Shown in pieces: positions 30,541-32,000 of a stretch of 32,000 nt of DNA. Both the position numbers and the translations under genes were made by a program. Numbering within the stretch: the first letter of the stretch is position 1; each line of letters begins with the position of its first letter. A model generated the notes under the pieces. The model saw only the letters and a program-made list of their open reading frames with translations. It had not been told where the DNA came from and ran no database searches. Source of the DNA: Demequinaceae bacterium (GTDB lineage: Bacteria > Actinomycetota > Actinomycetes > Actinomycetales > Demequinaceae); the NCBI GenBank assembly GCA_965250005.1, contig OZ252279.1:420001-452000 (forward strand). Reading direction: 5' to 3'.

Positions 30541-31521
30541 ATGGCATTGACCGCAGCGGCGAAGGATGAACTCGCCAGAGTTCCCGTGGAAAAGGTCTCT
30601 AGCCGGAAGGCGGAGATCGCGACCACGCTCAGGTTCGCGGGCGGACTTCACATTGTCTCGGGGCGCATCGTCATCGAGGCAGAGCTGGATACGGCCGCTG
30701 GTGCGCGTCGGCTCCGCCAGTTCATCGCCGACGTCTACGGCCACAAATCGGAGATCATCGTCGTGTCCGGGAGCGCCCTGAAGAAGGGCAATCGGTACGT
30801 GGTCAGAATCGTGAAGGACGGCGAGTCGCTCGCGCGGCAAACGGGTCTGCTCGATCACCGCGGCCGGCCAGTGCGTGGACTGCCTCCGCAAGTGGTTGGC
30901 GGTTCGATTGAGGACACAGTCGCCGCTTGGCGCGGAGCATTCCTCGCGCACGGGTCGCTCACGGAACCGGGCCGGTCCTCAGCTCTCGAAGTAACGTCAC
31001 CCGGACCCGAGGCCGCTCTTGCCCTCGTAGGCGCAGCCCGCCGGCTCGGCGTCACGGCCAAGTCCCGCGAGGTGCGCGGTGTCGATCGCGTCGTGATTCG
31101 AGACGGTGACGCGATTAGCGCCTTGCTTGCCCGCCTGGGCGCTCATGAGGCCGTGCTCGCGTGGGAAGAGAAACGCATCCGACGCGAAGTTCGTGGCACG
31201 GCCAACCGGCTCGCGAACTTTGACGACGCGAACTTGCGGCGGAGCGCACGCGCCGCTGTCGCCGCGGGATCTAGGGTTCAGCGCGCTTTCGAAATCCTTG
31301 GTGATGACGTCCCCGAGCATCTGCGAGAAGCGGGCGAACTCCGCCTCAACCACAAGGAGGCCTCCCTCGAGGAGCTCGGCAAGATGGCCGACCCGGCGCT
31401 GACCAAAGACGCAGTCGCGGGACGCATCCGGCGCCTGCTGGCTACGGCTGACAAACGTGCAGAAGATCTGGGCGTCGCGGACACCGAAGCGGGCCTTGAC
31501 GGGCAGTTGCTGGACGACTAG
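30541..31521 (+). CDS. whiA: Sporulation/cell-division transcriptional regulator WhiA
   Basis: [95 protein letters not shown]. Confidence 0.96.
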   Translation: MALTAAAKDELARVPVEKVSSRKAEIATTLRFAGGLHIVSGRIVIEAELDTAAGARRLRQFIADVYGHKSEIIVVSGSALKKGNRYVVRIVKDGESLARQTGLLDHRGRPVRGLPPQVVGGSIEDTVAAWRGAFLAHGSLTEPGRSSALEVTSPGPEAALALVGAARRLGVTAKSREVRGVDRVVIRDGDAISALLARLGAHEAVLAWEEKRIRREVRGTANRLANFDDANLRRSARAAVAAGSRVQRAFEILGDDVPEHLREAGELRLNHKEASLEELGKMADPALTKDAVAGRIRRLLATADKRAEDLGVADTEAGLDGQLLDD

Positions 31522-31539
31522 ACGTCTGCATGAACATGA

Positions 31540-31563
31540 CATGCGTGACTTACGTCATGCGTG
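31540..31563 (+). repeat. Direct repeat CATGCGTG x2 upstream of gap, 16-bp periodicity
   Basis: CATGCGTG at 31540-31547 and 31556-31563, in a cluster of four CATG tetramers (31529, 31535, 31540, 31556). Confidence 0.5.
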
Positions 31564-31632
31564 TTGGAGCGCCGAACCGTAGTAACCTTGGAGGTAGTTC
31601 CTCGCCCACGCGCGAGGACGCGCGTACGTTGA

Positions 31633-32000
<368 letters not shown>

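Noticed and set aside
29965-30951. 328-aa ORF antisense across rapZ and whiA
   Set aside because: Spans two convincing genes and the gap between them on the opposite strand; no family motif.

Overview
The window is a compact, high-GC actinobacterial core-genome segment. In order: trpA (3' end), lgt, gltB, gltD, pyk, a tRNA gene, an ANTAR response regulator, a LIV-I-type branched-chain amino-acid/amide ABC transporter (binding protein on +, permease and ATPase genes on -), a hotdog thioesterase (-), polA, pfkA, rpsA, coaE, uvrB, a TerC-family gene, a YciI-like gene (-), uvrA, uvrC, rapZ, whiA, and gap (5' part). I found no CRISPR array, transposon, prophage, toxin-antitoxin, defence or biosynthetic island, and no convincing unknown multigene system. 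The best leads are small-scale. (1) The tRNA gene has anticodon CAA (Leu) but a class-I, 5-nt variable loop; it sits head-to-head with the ANTAR regulator over an overlapping bidirectional -10. (2) Many start codons follow a -10-like hexamer at a fixed 6-nt distance, implying leaderless mRNAs. The uvrC -10 would be built on the uvrA stop codon, and polA and the thioesterase gene would share one -10 core. (3) A perfect actinobacterial-type SOS box overlaps the uvrA -35. (4) A 16-bp hairpin after pyk carries an ANTAR-type hexaloop. (5) Palindromes precede the binding-protein gene and gltB, and the gap 5' region is structured and repeat-rich. Coordinates were read by eye; no searches or folding programs were run.
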